Shown here piece by piece: positions 24,001 to 36,100 of a stretch of DNA of 63,721 bases (positions within the stretch are counted from its first letter, which is position 1; every line of letters starts with the position of its first letter). Both the position numbers and the translations under genes were made by a program. Source of the DNA: Welwitschia mirabilis (lineage: Eukaryota); assembly GCA_051453625.1 (NCBI GenBank), contig JBOZIK010000001.1:37706064-37769784 (forward strand). Reading direction: 5' to 3'. The notes under the pieces were generated by a model that was given only the letters and a program-made list of their open reading frames with translations, searched no databases and was not told where the DNA came from.

Positions 24001-27000
24001 AACTATTGCACTGTATGGTGGGTTCCACTAGGTGATCCTCCCTATTTTGGAAGGGAATGACTTACATCCTCTCTCTATCACCTCTCCTAGTGGTTGCTTG
24101 TTAATGATAAGGCACAAAAAAGGGCTGTTTATGCCAATGTTGTGAGCAAGATAGAGGGTTATTGCTCTTTTGGAGTTTTGATTGCTACTATTGGATCAAG
24201 ACTCAAACTTGCCACTCAAGTTGGCGAGGGGTGACAAGTTGACACTTGGCTCAACTCAAGAAATGACTTGGCACAAACTTGAGAGTCAAAAAGAGTTACT
24301 AAGCAGTCTTAGTTTTAAGTATTTCAAGTATCGTTATAAGTATTTTAATGAGATTTTTGGACTTTTTACATTACATTCGGCCATTCAAATGTAAATTATA
24401 AAATTTATTGACATGCTTTACAACATTACATTTTAAATGAGAATCATAGATAACAATTTTATAAAATACATTGTTCTAAAAAATTTTAACATAAAAACAT
24501 TTAAACAAATAAACAACTATTGATAACGGTAAAAAAAGCGATGACAACAATACACACTGAGGTAAAAACCGTCGAAAACTGTAAAATTAAGCATTAAATT
24601 GGAGAACATGTTCTTTTGTTAGAAACTGGTTTATTTTGAAGGAAAGAGAGTGGATATGCTTCAAAAACAACTAGCTTGTGCCAATTAAAAAAGAGGAAAA
24701 CAAGAAAATGAATTTGAGTCTGTTGAAGTGGGCAAAAGCGTTATTTATGCCCTCAAACTTTAATGGGACCAACAAAAATCGAAATATAACAAAAAGAATT
24801 TTTTTTTTAAATTTCATTTTTGAGAACCATTGACCCATGTTGATTCTGTGGGACTCATGAATTGGTTAGCTTTGAAGAAACTTGTGAGTTTTCATATAAA
24901 ACTTGTACATAGAGAGCTCATCATTAAATACCTGCTGAGTTAAACAACTTGCAACACAGGGAGTACTCACAGATTTGTGGAGAGTCATGCTACAACGATT
25001 GCTATTATCTTGATAAAGCTTCTTTAGTTTTTGAGTTTTAGAATCCTTAAAGGCAAGCAAGAGAGGTTTTATGAAGGATCCTGGGAGAGGTAACCCCTCT
25101 CATCCTATGGAAAGAGTAGAAGAGGCTTTCCTTCACAGGAAGAGGCTGCCTTGTAGCATAACCTTCTTTCTCTCTTTTCTCTGGGAGGTGAGTCTTCTTC
25201 AGTTTCAGGGAGAAGACCAGCCTTTGGGAGCCTTTCTTCCCTTCTTTCCATGAGATCTGTTCTAAGGCCCCTTGAGAGACCTTGGAAAAAGCTTGAGGAG
25301 ACATCCCTCTAGGGTTGTCCTTTACCTTTCCTTTCCATGTTCCTTTTTGTTTATCTTTTGAAGATATGATAGGGGGGTTTGCTCTGGGCACCTGTTGAAC
25401 GGACATTGCTTTAGTCCCTGGCTTCTCTATGCTAGGAGGTCCTTTTAGGTACCTACATTCCAGTCAAGCCCTCTAGAACAAGTTTGGTTTGTTCACCCCG
25501 AAAAGCAAGAGATGTTGCCTTGCAACACCTAGGAAAAAGATGGTACATCCCTAGATGCCTTTCTCAATCCTACCCTGGAAACTTTTCAGAATAGTGAAGA
25601 AGCAATTTTCTGGTACAATTTGATATCTCATTCTCTTTCACGAGGGAAGACTTATCCAAATGCTGTCCGCCTATCTAGGAATGATGTTGAATTGCTTTTA
25701 TACTAGTAGAAGTTTATACTGTTCTAAATTTGTGTACAACCCTTAAATATGTTTGCTTGTAATATTTGAACAGATTCCTTTTTTATTTTTTATAGTTAAT
25801 GCGTCTTTGCATAAAAATTCTTTTTACATAAAAATTCTTTTCTTTTAGGATGCCTTTGACATTGATGTAATAAAACCTTACAATTGGTGGTAATTTCTTA
25901 CAATAGGGAATGTGGATTGCAAGCAATGGAATCAGAAAGTGAAGATGGTGAATTTTGTGCAGTTTGTTTGGAACACAAGTGTGCTGTAGCTGCAGAAGGT
26001 ATCACTTGACTTCATGTGTCACATATTGCCCTTTTTCACATGGTGGTGCCACATTATGTTATATGAACACTCAATTGTTGATGATCTGTTTCATATACCT
26101 TTTTGCAGCTCTTTTTTTTTGCATGGTTAATTTTTTCACACTTATTAATGCATCTGTAAAATTCATTTTGTCTATTTCTATTACCCGATTTGCATTCCTT
26201 GTGTACAGAGAACCTTGTATTAATCTCCACAAAAGCATATTTATTATAGCAGGGAAATGGATTTAGTTTACATATATTTTGTTTTTGGGGTTTTCTAAGA
26301 ACTTGTAAGGCGAAGCAGAAACTTCACATTTGTTAATTTGCTTGTAATTACTGCATTCTCAACACTGACATCGAAATTTGGACTGGCATATGCAATATAA
26401 TTAGCAAAGTGAAGAAGATTATTAAGGACAAGAAGTAGACAGAACCTGCTTGATGACTTTTGATGCGTTATGATTGAAACTTCTCCCACAAAAATGTCTT
26501 GGCTAAAGAACTTTTTTATTTCTGTAAATTTGAATGTGATTGTCTGAAAATGTATATTGGTAGTTTGAAAATTTTATGGGTTTAGGATTTCGATTTCTTC
26601 TCTGCACATTTGAATTGTACAACGGTAAGTCTTCCCAGCACTGAGAATTATTGTGCTAACATTATCTACTCTGGCTTTTTGATACAGGCTGTGGTCATGA
26701 GCTTTGTACAAAATGTGCCTTGTATCTTTGTTCTACAAACAATGTTGCTTCGTCTACAACAGGGCCTCCAGGTTCTATATCATGCCCCCTTTGTCGACAA
26801 GGCATTATATCCTTTGTGAAATTACCGAGATCTTCTTCAAAGAATGTTCGGCTGAATGTTCCACTTGGACTGTGCACTCCTTGTGGAACAACTGTTCGTG
26901 ACAGGGATTCCCCCTATACTTCAGACCACAATTCTGATTTCAGAAGTAAAGTCTCTCCTGCTCCTTTGGAATCTATTTGCAGCGTCTCTTGCAGCCCGTT

Positions 27001-27277
27001 TTCATCAGTTAGTCTTCCACTATGTGCCTGTAATAACCAGCCTATTACATCAGTTGAAGCACAACAGGAAGAAGGTGGTTCCCATCAACACGTACAAGAT
27101 CTCATGACTGTAGATTCAATTACTTCATTAGAGAATGGTCTTGACTCTTCTCTCGAGGAGGCAGTTAGCCCCAGTGCACAAAAAGCAAGCTGCTCAAAGA
27201 TATTATTTTGGAGCAGGAAGAACAGCAGTCGAGAAAAATCAGAAGAGCAGCCCTGTAGTACTGAAATTAGTGTGTGA
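3516..27277 (+). CDS. XBAT33: Ankyrin-repeat + C3HC4 RING E3 ubiquitin ligase, XB3/XBAT33 type; 10 exons, 528 aa
   Basis: Exons read by hand, all with GT-AG borders and consistent phase: 3516-3692, 3786-3845, 4517-4588, 4679-4863, 4979-5139, 5270-5328, 5723-5769, 5924-6067, 25907-25998, 26688-27277 (1587 nt). The N-terminus [22 protein letters not shown] matches XBAT33 as I recall it. Ankyrin motifs [56 protein letters not shown]. Confidence 0.93.
8580..10900 (+). mobile_element. Decayed L1-type LINE ORF2 (RT + zf-RVT), intronic
   Basis: Motifs interrupted by stops and frameshifts: NKAPG (~8592), [14 protein letters not shown] (~9085), [12 protein letters not shown] (~9265), KYLGV, WKAKLL..AGR..LI, KGEGGLG, LPTKAYL..CKCC..EHIF, IWKARNK (~10540). 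Confidence 0.85.
10624..10865 (-). mobile_element. Copia-type LTR with 5-bp TSD (solo LTR, or a full element hidden in the 100-N gap)
   Basis: Starts TGTTAG at 10624 and ends CCAACA at 10865. GAAAG flanks both sides (10619-10623, 10866-10870). Both ends resemble the LTR at 22190-22527. Confidence 0.8.
10900..11730 (+). mobile_element. Possible LINE ORF1 relic
   Basis: Weak: WLH(L)PDL-like segment near 10960 and a degenerate zinc-knuckle-like stretch near 11425-11465. Confidence 0.3.
12830..15560 (-). mobile_element. Highly decayed retroelement, probably LINE (related relic at ~23050-23400)
   Basis: Strong purine skew on +. The segment gtagtcaccctattggg (~14673) resembles gttgaccctattgggg (~23158); on the minus strand both read ..PNRV, like the end of a zinc knuckle. 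A diverged ~90-bp repeat flanks the 13410-14057 gap. Confidence 0.3.
15880..16180 (+). mobile_element. Copia gag (UBN2-like) fragment
   Basis: [46 protein letters not shown]. Confidence 0.6.
16240..16730 (-). mobile_element. Copia gag fragment
   Basis: [49 protein letters not shown]. Confidence 0.7.
16735..17143 (-). mobile_element. Probable LTR, adjacent to the gag fragment
   Basis: Inverted termini TGTTAG (16735) and CTAACA(ACA) (17135-17143). No TSD found. Confidence 0.45.
18240..18730 (-). mobile_element. Copia gag fragment
   Basis: [53 protein letters not shown]. Confidence 0.7.
22175..22187 (-). promoter_or_regulatory. Primer-binding site (tRNA-iMet type)
   Basis: Minus strand TAGTATCAGAACC versus canonical TGGTATCAGAGC, 2 nt inside the LTR end. 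Confidence 0.75.
22190..22527 (-). repeat. 5' LTR of the Copia element (~338 bp)
   Basis: TG at 22190 next to the PBS and CAACA ending at 22527; similar ends to the LTR at 10624-10865. Confidence 0.75.
22566..22982. mobile_element. hAT-type MITE, 417 bp
   Basis: 14-bp TIRs TATAGTTAGATGGA / TCCATCTAACCATG (12/14 match). Perfect 8-bp TSD CTTTTCAT (22558-22565, 22983-22990). Subterminal GATC-core repeats at both ends. Confidence 0.9.
24135..25001. mobile_element. Possible old non-autonomous DNA transposon (hAT-like)
   Basis: Imperfect TIRs CAATGTTGTGAGCA / TGCTACAACGATTG, with actc/gagt subterminal repeats. No convincing TSD. Confidence 0.3.
25907..25998 (+). CDS. XBAT33: XBAT33 exon 9 (first half of RING)
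   Basis: caatag|G GAA TGT..: (R)[30 protein letters not shown](G)|gtatc. Phase matches exons 8 and 10. Not shown in frame in the ORF track. Confidence 0.92.
26688..27277 (+). CDS. XBAT33: XBAT33 exon 10 (rest of RING and C-terminus)
   Basis: atacag|GC TGT GGT CAT..: [29 protein letters not shown]. Confidence 0.93.
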
Positions 27278-27591
27278 CTTGTTTCATGGCCCTTGTATCC
27301 CTCACATGGTTTGATGCCACGATTCATATTGTATTCTATGATGTGTTTGTTGAATCTGCATTCAATATTTTTTTGCAAGTTAAATATTTCGGGGGTTCTT
27401 ATAAAGTAGGAGCCATGTTTCCCAGGTTTCAAAGTTGATACCCTTATTGCATGCTTTTGCATTTGTTGCGTATATCAATGAGCAATGGTTGATTCAATTG
27501 ATTATCATCATGAATAATGTATGCAATGCTGTTGCTTGTTTGCTGGTATTAAGTGCTGAAGTTATGTCATATTTAAAAAACATCTTTTTTT

Positions 27592-27769
27592 AGAATTTTT
27601 ATTTTGAGGATAATGGCTGGTAGTTTGATGTGTGTCATACAAACGCCCAATGGCACTTGGGCCTATGCAATCTTTCAAACTACATGCCCCTGCCAATAGG
27701 GTGGTTTGAATTTGGAACCTTGGGTTTAGTATGTCCAAGACTCGACCATTGTGGCGATCGATCTTGAAC
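27592..27769 (-). mobile_element. tRNA-derived SINE, ~180 bp
   Basis: Minus strand has an A-box-like TCGCCACAATGG and a B-box-like AATTCAAACC at tRNA spacing, then an A-rich tail. Flanking direct repeat TAAAAAA(C/A)ATCTTTTTT at 27574-27590 and 27770-27786. Confidence 0.6.
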
Positions 27770-28888
27770 TAAAAAAAATCTTTTTTAATATTATTTTATT
27801 GTCGTCTTCTTCTTCTTTTTTTTTTTTTTTTAAGCCAACTAGACTTTGACTCATTGATGCGACTTTTGGTTTTGAAGTTGTTGAGTTTTTAATTTTGTGG
27901 ACTTTTTAAACACTTGGTGGGTAGACCCATGCTTATAAGTTATGAGCTGTAATGTTTTGGGCTCGACTCTTATAATGTGTAGGTTGGCTTGTACTTTACC
28001 CATGTATTAGGCACACTAGATGTAGCTTCAATGTCTTGGGTACAAAGTATATTGACATTCAAGAATATAAGGCCTCAAATATATGTTAAAATCAGTTTTT
28101 TCCTAATTTGTCATATTTTTATGTATTTAGATTCTAGTTGTTGAGCTTAGGCTTCAATGATGAAAGTTGGTGTTAAACAATTTAATATGTAGTTTATGCA
28201 AAACCTCATTTTCTTGGTTATAGTGAGTTAAAGTGTCATAAAGTTGTAAATTTGATTTTATTAAGGTGGTTATGCAAGCATGATATTGCAAAGTACAATA
28301 GGAAGGTTGTAATATTCTTTTACATGTGATTACAGAGAGGATTTGGTTTTACATAGTATTATGAAGAGGCTTCAGTATTCTTGGTTCTACATGGTACAAT
28401 GGAGAGGCCTCTGGTGTACAATGCTGACGAGAGTGACCCATATATTACCTTATAAGACTTGTNNNNNNNNNNTCCTGGGACAGTGTCACAGACTTTTTTA
28501 ACAAATTATTTTTATATAATAAATAAAAAAATAATTTAAAAATAAAGACCTAATTTTTGAAATAGTGTACCTAATTTATGGGGCTGAGATTCACCTCTAA
28601 AACGACGCCTTGACAAATGCATGCAGTGAAAATGTAACCAACAACATTCAGAACTGGCTCTAAAGAATTCACTCTGAAAAACTGCATTGGAATTAGTAGT
28701 GTACTAAGCNNNNNNNNNNNNNNNNNTAATTGTGATAACCAGGTTTGAAATGCTACTAATTAACATTTTACTTTTGCAATTCTATTATTTTCGAAACACT
28801 TTTACCTTCATTGAAATATTGAGACGAGGGGCAAAAAACTATGGGCTATGAAGTGTCTTTTTTAAAACTTTTTCTCACTCGCCTGGAA

Positions 28889-28952
28889 GCTTCGTCTTGG
28901 GCCGTCTGGAGCTGTCTGGAGCTTCGTCTTGGGCCGTCTGGAGCTGTCTGGA
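28889..28952. repeat. Perfect 32-bp tandem duplication
   Basis: gcttcgtcttgggccgtctggagctgtctgga at 28889-28920 and 28921-28952. Confidence 0.95.
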
Positions 28953-30990
28953 TTACTGTCTACTTTTTGAAACTCAATCTTTCTTGCAAGATCTTTGTTT
29001 GTTGCGAGTCTCATTCTTATGCCTTTATTTCAAAGGCGTTGTAGATTTATGTAGTTGATTCACAATAGATGATTCTTTATTTAACGTCCTTTTCACTAAA
29101 TGATAATTGGATGATTTCAAAACATCATGAAAGCATGAGCCAATCAGAGGATTGAGCAATTAAAACCAAGACCAAGAACTCTGATTTTCTTGGCAATTCT
29201 GTCATTAAAGTCATGCTCGACTTTCTGTGTGTGAGCTGTCGCTTTGGCCACGTCGGCGATCGTTAGAAGGATTAGCGCCGTGAGAGAAAATGCCCAGAAG
29301 ACGTGCTCTGCTATTGCTGGAATTTTGTGGAATGATAAAGTGGTTACGTGTCAGTGTTGAGATGAGCAATGTTTGGCTCGCCATGGCCATGCACACCCTG
29401 AAACAATCGATCCTAATGCGTCTTAACCAACCATTTCTCCCACTACTTCCCTCCCAATTTGTTATTATTCTGTTGAGCCGCCATCATTTGCCCAATTTGC
29501 CTAACACCGTTATATCCAAATGAAATTAAAGAAAAAGAAGTGCGTATGAAGGAAAGAAATGAAAGCAGAAGACGAATATCACGCTGTGCATGACAGAAAC
29601 AAAGCTTTTACAAGTCACCGAAAATGAGACGAATGTACCTTTTGGTGGTTGAGAGCGTTCAAGTGAAAGAGCTTTGAAGTAAATTTAAAAATCTTATTCG
29701 AGAAAATCAGAGTAATTGCTCAAGATATTTATAGATTATGTTGTTATTTAACAGCTTATTATTATATAAAAGAAATTTATATTATAGGTATTATTTTAAA
29801 ATGGTTGAGATATTGCTATTGCTTTTTAAATGATTTGTATTTAATAAAATTCTAAAGAGGATATTTAGTTTTATGGCAAACAAAATGTAGTAAAAACATA
29901 AAACGACATGACCATATTATATTCTCTACTTAATGTGAGCAAACATATATATGATAATCATCTACAGCAATTTATAATTTGACGTGCTACAAGTGTTCAC
30001 CATGGTTGAAAACATTGAAATGGTTGGAGCTGTNNNNNNNNNNNNNNNNNNNNNNNNNNNNNNNNNNNNNNNNNNNNNNNNNNNNNNNNNNNNNNNNNNN
30101 NNNNNNNNNNNNNNNNNNNNNNNNNNNNNNNNNNNNNNNNNNNNNNNNNNNNNNNNNNNNNNNNNNNNNNNNNNNNNNNNNNNNNNNNNNNNNNNNNNNN
30201 NNNNNNNNNNNNNNNNNNNNNNNNNNNNNNNNNNNNNNNNNNNNNNNNNNNNNNNNNNNNNNNNNNNNNNNNNNNNNNNNNNNNNNNNNNNNNNNNNNNN
30301 NNNNNNNNNNNNNNNNNNNNNNNNNNNNNNNNNNNNNNNNNNNNNNNNNNNNNNNNNNNNNNNNNNNNNNNNNNNNNNNNNNNNNNNNNNNNNNNNNNNN
30401 NNNNNNNNNNNNNNNNNNNNNNNNNNNNNNNNNNNNNNNNNNNNNNNNNNNNNNNNNNNNNNNNNNNNNNNNNNNNNNNNNNNNNNNNNNNNNNNNNNNN
30501 NNNNNNNNNNNNNNNNNNNNNNNNNNNNNNNNNNNNNNNNNNNNNNNNNNNNNNNNNNNNNNNNNNNNNNNNNNNNNNNNNNNNNNNNNNNNNNNNNNNN
30601 NNNNNNNNNNNNNNNNNNNNNNNNNNNNNNNNNNNNNNNNNNNNNNNNNNNNNNNNNNNNNNNNNNNNNNNNNNNNNNNNNNNNNNNNNNNNNNNNNNNN
30701 NNNNNNNNNNNNNNNNNNNNNNNNNNNNNNNNNNNNNNNNNNNNNNNNNNNNNNNNNNNNNNNNNNNNNNNNNNNNNNNNNNNNNNNNNNNNNNNNNNNN
30801 NNNNNNNNNNNNNNNNNNNNNNNNNNNNNNNNNNNNNNNNNNNNNNNNNNNNNNNNNNNNNNNNNNNNNNNNNNNNNNNNNNNNNNNNNNNNNNNNNNNN
30901 NNNNNNNNNNNNNNNNNNNNNNNNNNNNNNNNNNNNNNNNNNNNNNNNNNNNNNNNNNNNNNNNNNNNNNNNNNNNNNNNNNNNNNNNNN

Positions 30991-33190
30991 AGATTTAAAA
31001 AATTATTAAGTTTAAATTAGGTTTTTTAAGTTAGGTTTAAATTAGTTTATTTTTAAATTTATTAAGTTTAAATAGTTTATTATTTTGACATTAAGTTTTT
31101 TAACAATAAAGTGTTTTTCAATTAAGTTTATTATTGAGTCAATTGTGATAAAGGAGTTTACATTAAGTTTTTTCAAATTAAGTTTAAAAAATTTTAAAAA
31201 TTACATTTTACTTAAATTAAGTTTAAAAAATTTAAGGTTTTAAGTTTTTTTAAATTGAGTTTAAAAAAATTTAAAAATTTAAGTTTTACTTAAATCAAGT
31301 TTTAAAAATTTAGGTTTTTAATGTTAACTTTTCATATATTATGTTAGAGAAAATTAAGATTATTCTACAATTAAACCTAAATGCTTTTATATTAGATTTT
31401 TTGAAATTAAGTTCTTTTTTAAAATTTAATTTTTCATTACTTTATTTGTTTTTCAAATCATGCTTTTAAAAATTAAGTTCTTCTTAAAGTAAGTTTTTCA
31501 GAAAATTAAGCTTTTTTAACTTTAAAATATTTTTATAAAAATGAGCTTTTTAAATTGTGTCTTTTCTTCTTTCATATAGGTTTTTAACTTAAGTTTTTAA
31601 ATTTTAGTTCACCTTTCAGTTACCTTCATTTTCTAAATGAAGTTTCTATATTCATTTTCATTTATCTAGAATGGATTCTAAGATTAAACACCAACAAGAT
31701 CTAAGTGTTTTAAAGTTAAGTTTTCTTAATTTAAGATTTTTTTAAATTATGTTTTTTTGAAAACGATTTTTCTAAATTAAGGTTTTGTAAATTTACTTTT
31801 ATAAATTAAGTTTTTTGAAATTATAATTTTTTAAATTAAGTGTTCTTAAATTACGTTTTCTTTAAATTATGTTTATTTAAATTAATTTTTTAAAATTAAG
31901 TTTTTTAAAATTAAGTTAAGATTAATGTTAAATTAAGTTTTTTAAATTAAGTTTTTAAATTTAAGCTCTTTAGAATTAAGTTATTGTAAATTAAGTTTTT
32001 TTAATATTTACTAAGATTTAAAAAATTATTAAGTTTAAATTAGGTTTTTTAAGTTAGGTTTAAATTAGTTTATTTTTAAATTTATTAAGTNNNNNNNNNN
32101 NNNNNNNNNNNNNNNNNNNNNNNNNNNNNNNNNNNNNNNNNNNNNNNNNNNNNNNNNNNNNNNNNNNNNNNNNNNNNNNNNNNNNNNNNNNNNNNNNNNN
32201 NNNNNNNNNNNNNNNNNNNNNNNNNNNNNNNNNNNNNNNNNNNNNNNNNNNNNNNNNNNNNNNNNNNNNNNNNNNNNNNNNNNNNNNNNNNNNNNNNNNN
32301 NNNNNNNNNNNNNNNNNNNNNNNNNNNNNNNNNNNNNNNNNNNNNNNNNNNNNNNNNNNNNNNNNNNNNNNNNNNNNNNNNNNNNNNNNNNNNNNNNNNN
32401 NNNNNNNNNNNNNNNNNNNNNNNNNNNNNNNNNNNNNNNNNNNNNNNNNNNNNNNNNNNNNNNNNNNNNNNNNNNNNNNNNNNNNNNNNNNNNNNNNNNN
32501 NNNNNNNNNNNNNNNNNNNNNNNNNNNNNNNNNNNNNNNNNNNNNNNNNNNNNNNNNNNNNNNNNNTTAACAAGTTTATTATTTTGACATTAAGTTTTTT
32601 CACAATAAAGTTTTTTTTTCAATTAAGTTTATTATTGAGTCAATTGTGATAAAGGAGTTTACATTAAGTTTAAAAAATTTAAAAAATTACATTTTACTTA
32701 AATTAAGTTAAAAAAATTTAGGGTTTTAAGTTTTTTTAAATTGAGTTTAAAAAATTTAAAAATTTAAGTTTTACTTTTAAGTTTTAAAAATTTAGGTTTT
32801 TACCATTAACTTTTCATATCTTATGTTAGAGAAAATTAAGATTATTCTATAATTAAACTTAAATGCTTTTATTTTAGATTTTTAAAAATTAAGTTCTTTT
32901 TTAAAATTTAATTTTTCATTACTTTATTTGTTTTTTAAATCATGCTTTTAAAAATTAAGTTCTTCTTAAAGTAAGTTTTTTAGAAAATTAAGCTTTTTTA
33001 ACTTTAAAATATTTTTATAAAATGAGCTTTTTAAATTGTGTCTCTTCTTCTTTCACATAGGTTTTTTAACTTAAGTTTTTAAAAGGTTTTTAAAATTTAG
33101 TTTAGCCTTTCAATTACCTTCATTTTCTAAATGAAGTTTCTACATTCATTTTCATTTATCTAGAATAGATTCTAAGATTAAACACCAACA
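30991..33190. repeat. T-rich aaattaagtttt array with ~1-kb higher-order duplication that includes the RepHel start
   Basis: 30991.. recurs at 32014.., and 31075-31700 recurs at 32573-33190. Each copy carries (atg/ata)gattctaagattaaacaccaacaa (31671 and 33165). Confidence 0.85.
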
Positions 33191-36100
33191 AACTCTAAAT
33201 CGTGAAAGGCAAAGAAGATATCGTGAGAGGCACAGACTTTGTAGGGAAGTTGAAAACTTAGCAAACTTTTTAATCATATGTAATGATATCAATGACGACA
33301 ATAATTCAGAAGGTATGAGTTATTTTTGTTTATAGCTTTACTGCTTTATCAAGACTAGGTTTGTAACATATTTCATTTCTTTTATATGTTCATAAATAAC
33401 ATGAACAATGTAGCTCTTCAACATAATACTTGAATATCTGTTTTTATAGTACAACAATTGATTGACCATACAATATAAGAACTAAATCAACAAATTCAAG
33501 ACATGCCCCTAGAAATAACCCCCTTAGTAGTAGTAAGTGAATAGACAAAAACAATGGTATGACATCTACGAGTCACGTGTCTAATACATAGAGTTCTTTA
33601 TCATCAACAAGAAGACAAGAATATGTAAGGCAACAGAAAGAGATTATGGAAGATGATGGTTATCGTAATCAATTATAACACTTACAGAGAGAAAGACAAA
33701 AAAAACAATCAAATGCAATAGTATTAAACATTAATGCCCTCTCCTCTATAAGAAATCTTGAGCAAACATTACAACAGCCTCTATATACTACCTTTCATAA
33801 ATTTAGTGATGATATATCTAAAGGAATTGAGACATTTTGGAGAGAGATACGAGTATTTACACAACCAAGATCATGCACAATTTGTAATGAGATGCATCAA
33901 TCTATAGAGTTGGTACAAGGCAAACATGACCCCACCCGTAGACGGTGTCAATATGAGAAAAGAGAAGGGATCACAGTTAATGATGAAGAAATTAGACGCT
34001 TCGCTGCTTAGAACGACATCGATCCAGGACCTCAGCCATTTGTTTGATCCTATCTTACACAGGTTAAAGAGATGCTTATTTTAAGGATAAATCCATTGCT
34101 TCAAGTTACACAAGCAATTGGTGGTCAACTAGTATATCGAGGGAACACAATAAGCTTTCCACAAGATGTATCACATATTACAAGGGTCTTGCCTTTTAGA
34201 ATTGCATAACTACCAATCCTTAATCTAAAGAGAAGGAATCAAATTGTCATGGAATATAATTTTATTGTAAGCAAGAGATGAGTTTATCATGCTTTATGCT
34301 TTAAGAAGGAGAATGATCCTTTCTACCAAGATGTTGAGATAGACATGCATGCCTTAGATGACATCAATGATGATGAATATGTTAATGTCTTTCATATGCT
34401 TCCAGACATTACTCTTAATGAAGAGGAAGGGAATATCAAAATACATTTTCATGATCCGATTCTAGAAACAGATGGCTCCAATATCATTCAACACACGTCC
34501 TCGGTTGCCACATGATGTTCTTGACTCGAAAGAAAACTTGATGCTATAAAGAACTGGCTGTAAAACTCGTATAACGATTCCTCAATAAGTTCTCAATGAC
34601 CATTACTATAAGAGTCGCCAATCAATGAGTTTAACACTAGAGGTATGGTATTAATGTCATTTCCATCATTATTTCCTACAGGCAAGTTGTGATATTCTTG
34701 CATGAAGAGCTAAAGATGTCAAACAACATGAGTTTGCAAAGCATCTTTTAAGATACAAAGATGGAAGATTTGGTCATCATCCTTGATTTTGGTAAGTACT
34801 TCTTCATTTGTTTATTTCATTAATGAATTTAATGGGACAATTTATAAACCCTAAAAAAATTGTTTTCTATTTTAGGTATTATATATTCAACATGATTATG
34901 AGACACAGAGCACTTAGATCTACAATAGTGTTTTTCAAAAAGAGCATAGTCGATGCCCCCATTACAATAGAGGAATTATGTGAACAAATGAATAATTATC
35001 CATTAAGTGAAATAATAAACAACTTGATGAGATATAGAAGCTCTCTAAGAGGTACATCGCCTTATTGGAAAAAAAAGTAAATGCAAGTTATTAGATATTG
35101 TTACCCAGCTTGGAACTCCTACAATATTCTTTACTTTAAGCGCTGTAGATTTATATTGGCTTGATCTACATGATATCATGCCTGGTGAACAATTACATCA
35201 TCCATTTGAAGCAAGACAATGGTGATTGCAAAACATCATTAAGAACCTACACATTGTCTTAGAGTACATATATAACTATCACAAAAAATTTAGAGAGATA
35301 ATTCTAATAAAGGAGTTTAATGTTGTAGACTACTAGACACGATTTGAATGGCAAAATAGAGGTTCTCCACATGTACATGGGTTTCTGTGGATAAAAGGAT
35401 CTCCTAACATGGAACTACTTAACTAGAGTGATGATACAACACTAGAAAATGCCAAGAGATTTTTCGTTTCCATTGTGCATGCATGGAATGATATATTTGA
35501 ATAGTATGGCAAAGTAAATGCTGTAAGTAAAAGTTATATCTTCTTTATTACATGCTTAGTTAATTACTATGTTTTAGTCATTATAGTAATCTTTGTTTTT
35601 ATATGCACCAAGAAGAAACATGGATATTGATCCATGTCAATTATAGAAATAGGACCTCAAACATATACAACTAGATCAGGATTATACAACCTTATTAAAT
35701 AGTATTTAAAGACATACAGTTTGTAAACCAGGAACATGTTCGAGGAGCCGAAATGGTTGACAGATGTGCAGGTATCCATAAACTACCACTTTTTTATAAT
35801 TGTAAATATATTCAAACTACAATATTCCATGGCAGCTATAACCTCATGATTCTAGGTTATATATAGATGAAAACAATGAGAAGAAGTATGAGTCGAAGAG
35901 AAATGCTGATAGGTTAACTGTTCATAACAGAATGATTTTACAAACATGGCGAGTGCATATAGACTTCCAACCTATGCTTGATAAATATGTTGTTATACGG
36001 AACATGGCAAAGTATGCCTCAAAGTTAGAGAAGAAATCAAAGTCATATTTTAACACGTTAATGAAGAAAGAGATTCCAATAAGCCTGCCACTTTAGCTTA

